From Octopus sinensis (lineage: Eukaryota), in NCBI RefSeq assembly GCF_006345805.1, contig NC_043019.1, positions 11,097,360-11,161,359 on the forward strand: a stretch of 64,000 nt of DNA, read 5' to 3'. Below the pieces are notes generated by a model. That model ran no database searches, was not told the DNA's origin, and saw nothing but the letters and a program-made list of their open reading frames with translations. This document shows positions 62,020-64,000 of this stretch, piece after piece. How positions within the stretch are numbered: position 1 is the stretch's first letter; each line of letters begins with the position of its first letter. A program made the translations under genes and the position numbers.

Positions 62020-62285
62020 CCACCACCACCACCACCACCACAACCACCACCACCACCACAACCACCACCACCACTACCACAACCACCACTACCACCACAA
62101 CCACCACCACTACTACCACAACCACCACTACCACAACCACTACTACCAAAACCACCACTACCACCACAACCACTACCACCACCACTACCACCACAACCAC
62201 CACCACCACCACCACCACAACCACCACCACCACCACCACCACCACCATCACCACCACCACAACCACCACCACCACCACCACCACC

Positions 62286-62332
<47 letters not shown>

Positions 62333-62889
62333 ACATAATAAAAAAGAGATATTGCAATTCAATAATTGTTATTTATTGACTTGTAGCCCACAGAATATGT
62401 TAACAATAACTTCAGCAGGAGTAATAATAGTGAGGGTGGTAGTGGTGGTGGAGGTAGTGGTTGTGTCGATGGTTGTAGTGTTGCTGGTGTTGGTGTTGGT
62501 GTTGGTGGTGGTGGTGGTGGTGGTTGTGGTGGTGGTGGTGGTGTTGAAGGTGGTGGTGGTGAAGGTAGTGATTGTACTGATGGTTGTGGTGTTGGTTGGT
62601 GTTGGTGGTGGTGGTGGTGGTGGTGATGGTGGTGATGGGGGATGGTGTGAATGGTAATGGTGGTGGTGGTGATGGTGGTGGTGAGAATAGCAATTGTACG
62701 AGTGGTGGTGGTGCTGGTGGTAATAGTTGTAGTGGTGACGATAGTGGTGATGGTGAGGATGGTGGTTAGTAGTGATGTCGTTCTTGTTGGTGGCAGTGGT
62801 GGTGGGTGTGTTGGAGGTGGTGGTGGTGGTGGGAGTGATGGTGTCAGTTGTGGTGGTAGTGGTGGGAGTGATGGTGTCAGTTGTGTTGG

Positions 62890-62939
<50 letters not shown>

Positions 62940-62940
62940 T
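62020..62940. repeat. (CAC/TAC)n and (GGT/GAT)n arrays
   Basis: Directly visible. Confidence 0.95.
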
Positions 62941-63102
62941 GGTACAAAACTGTACCAGGTGCTGTTTTACTTTTCCCTTGGATAACATCAGTAGCACGGA
63001 GAGGGGAGGCCAGTATGCACAGGTGACTGTTGGTCTTCCATAAACACCTTTGCCCAGACTTGTGTCCGGGAGGGAAACTTTCTAGGTGCAAATGCTCAGG
63101 TT

Positions 63103-63223
63103 ACCCAGAATGAAGACTACAAATTCCTGTGGGATGCAATGATCCAGTGTAACCATCGGATCGTCCTTGGATCCGTGACATCGTTATGGTGAACAAAAAA
63201 GAAAACACTTACACGGTAATCAA
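63103..63223 (+). mobile_element. R4/Dong-like RLE domain fragment
   Basis: TQNEDYKFLWDAMIQCNHRI...RDIVMVNKKENTYTVI resembles the K.LWD..IQ....RPDIV..NK motif. Confidence 0.6.
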
Positions 63224-63431
63224 TAAGTCCTGGGGTCGATTTGCTCGACTAAAGGCGGTACTCCAGCATGGCCACAGTCAAATGACTGAGACAAGTAAAA
63301 GAGTAAAAGAGTAAAGAGTAGGGCTGTTGAAGCATAATCAGGAAACAAGTGTTACCTTAGTAAGCTGGCTGAGGGCAGCTGACACTTTTCATCATACCCA
63401 GCAAAACAAGCTGAATGTTTTCATCAATTAA

Positions 63432-63825
63432 TCTCTAAAAATATAAAGCTGAAGTTGTCTGTGTATGGCAGGTTTGGTAGCCTTTAACTAACACTATCTC
63501 CTCCGGGACCCTGCAGCACAAGTTGACCAAAATTGAGAGTATGATAGAAGAAGGCTTGCTCTTCCTTCTGTAGAAGAAAAAATTCAAATCCAACCATGTT
63601 AGCACCAAAAATTATTTACATCAAAAAGGTGCTTTTTTTTTCTATGAAAATCCCTATTTTTTACGATTTTTTTACTGCTGTGTTGCCATTTTTTGGTGTA
63701 TTTCAACCAGAAAAATGTTCACTTAAAGAGAATAACAAGCTACATAATGCAAAATTTTTACATTTCAAAAATTCCAATTCTAAAGGGTCGAAACAAACCC
63801 GAGCAACGCCGGGCAATACTGCTAG
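63432..63825 (+). mobile_element. Non-autonomous Helitron (394 bp)
   Basis: A|TCTCTAAAAATATAAAGC at the 5' end; hairpin CCCGAGCAACGCCGGG (63798-63813) and CTAG|T at the 3' end; inserted between A and T with no TSD. Confidence 0.8.
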
Positions 63826-64000
63826 TAATAATGATAATTGAGAGAGGTCAGTGCATCACATGACTCTGGCCCCTGTTGCATGACTCTGTACCCCAGTCAT
63901 TTGTTACATTAGAACTGGGTTCACCTAAATACACTAGCAAACATCTTTTTTGATTGGGTTCACATTTAAAAGACCCCAAAGCTTTGAGGTTTTCAATCAT

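Overview
This is a eukaryotic, repeat-saturated intronic or intergenic window. Its repeat make-up resembles a coleoid cephalopod (Octopus-like) genome; the species is inferred and not verified. No confident host gene is present, and nearly all listed ORFs are microsatellite translations. Supported content: (1) RTE-clade LINE copies with (GAT)n tails, including a young 2-kb copy with a twin-priming-type 5' inversion nested in a SINE; (2) fragments of L1/Tx1, R4/Dong-like RLE, BovB-like RTE, Gypsy and Penelope (GIY-YIG) retroelements; (3) three Tc1/mariner remnants (one DD37D), a TTAA-flanked piggyBac-like MITE family and a non-autonomous Helitron; (4) several tRNA-headed SINE families, one with a shared head and core but three different tails; (5) minisatellites born from transposon sequence, long palindromes, local duplications and a 100-N gap. 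The most interesting signals are minimal hammerhead-ribozyme-like motifs in short Penelope-type repeats with stem covariation between two families, the inverted RTE insertions, a perfect 36-bp palindrome, and a Gypsy/piggyBac chimeric 58-bp minisatellite. Coordinates were read by eye; boundaries of degenerate repeats are approximate.
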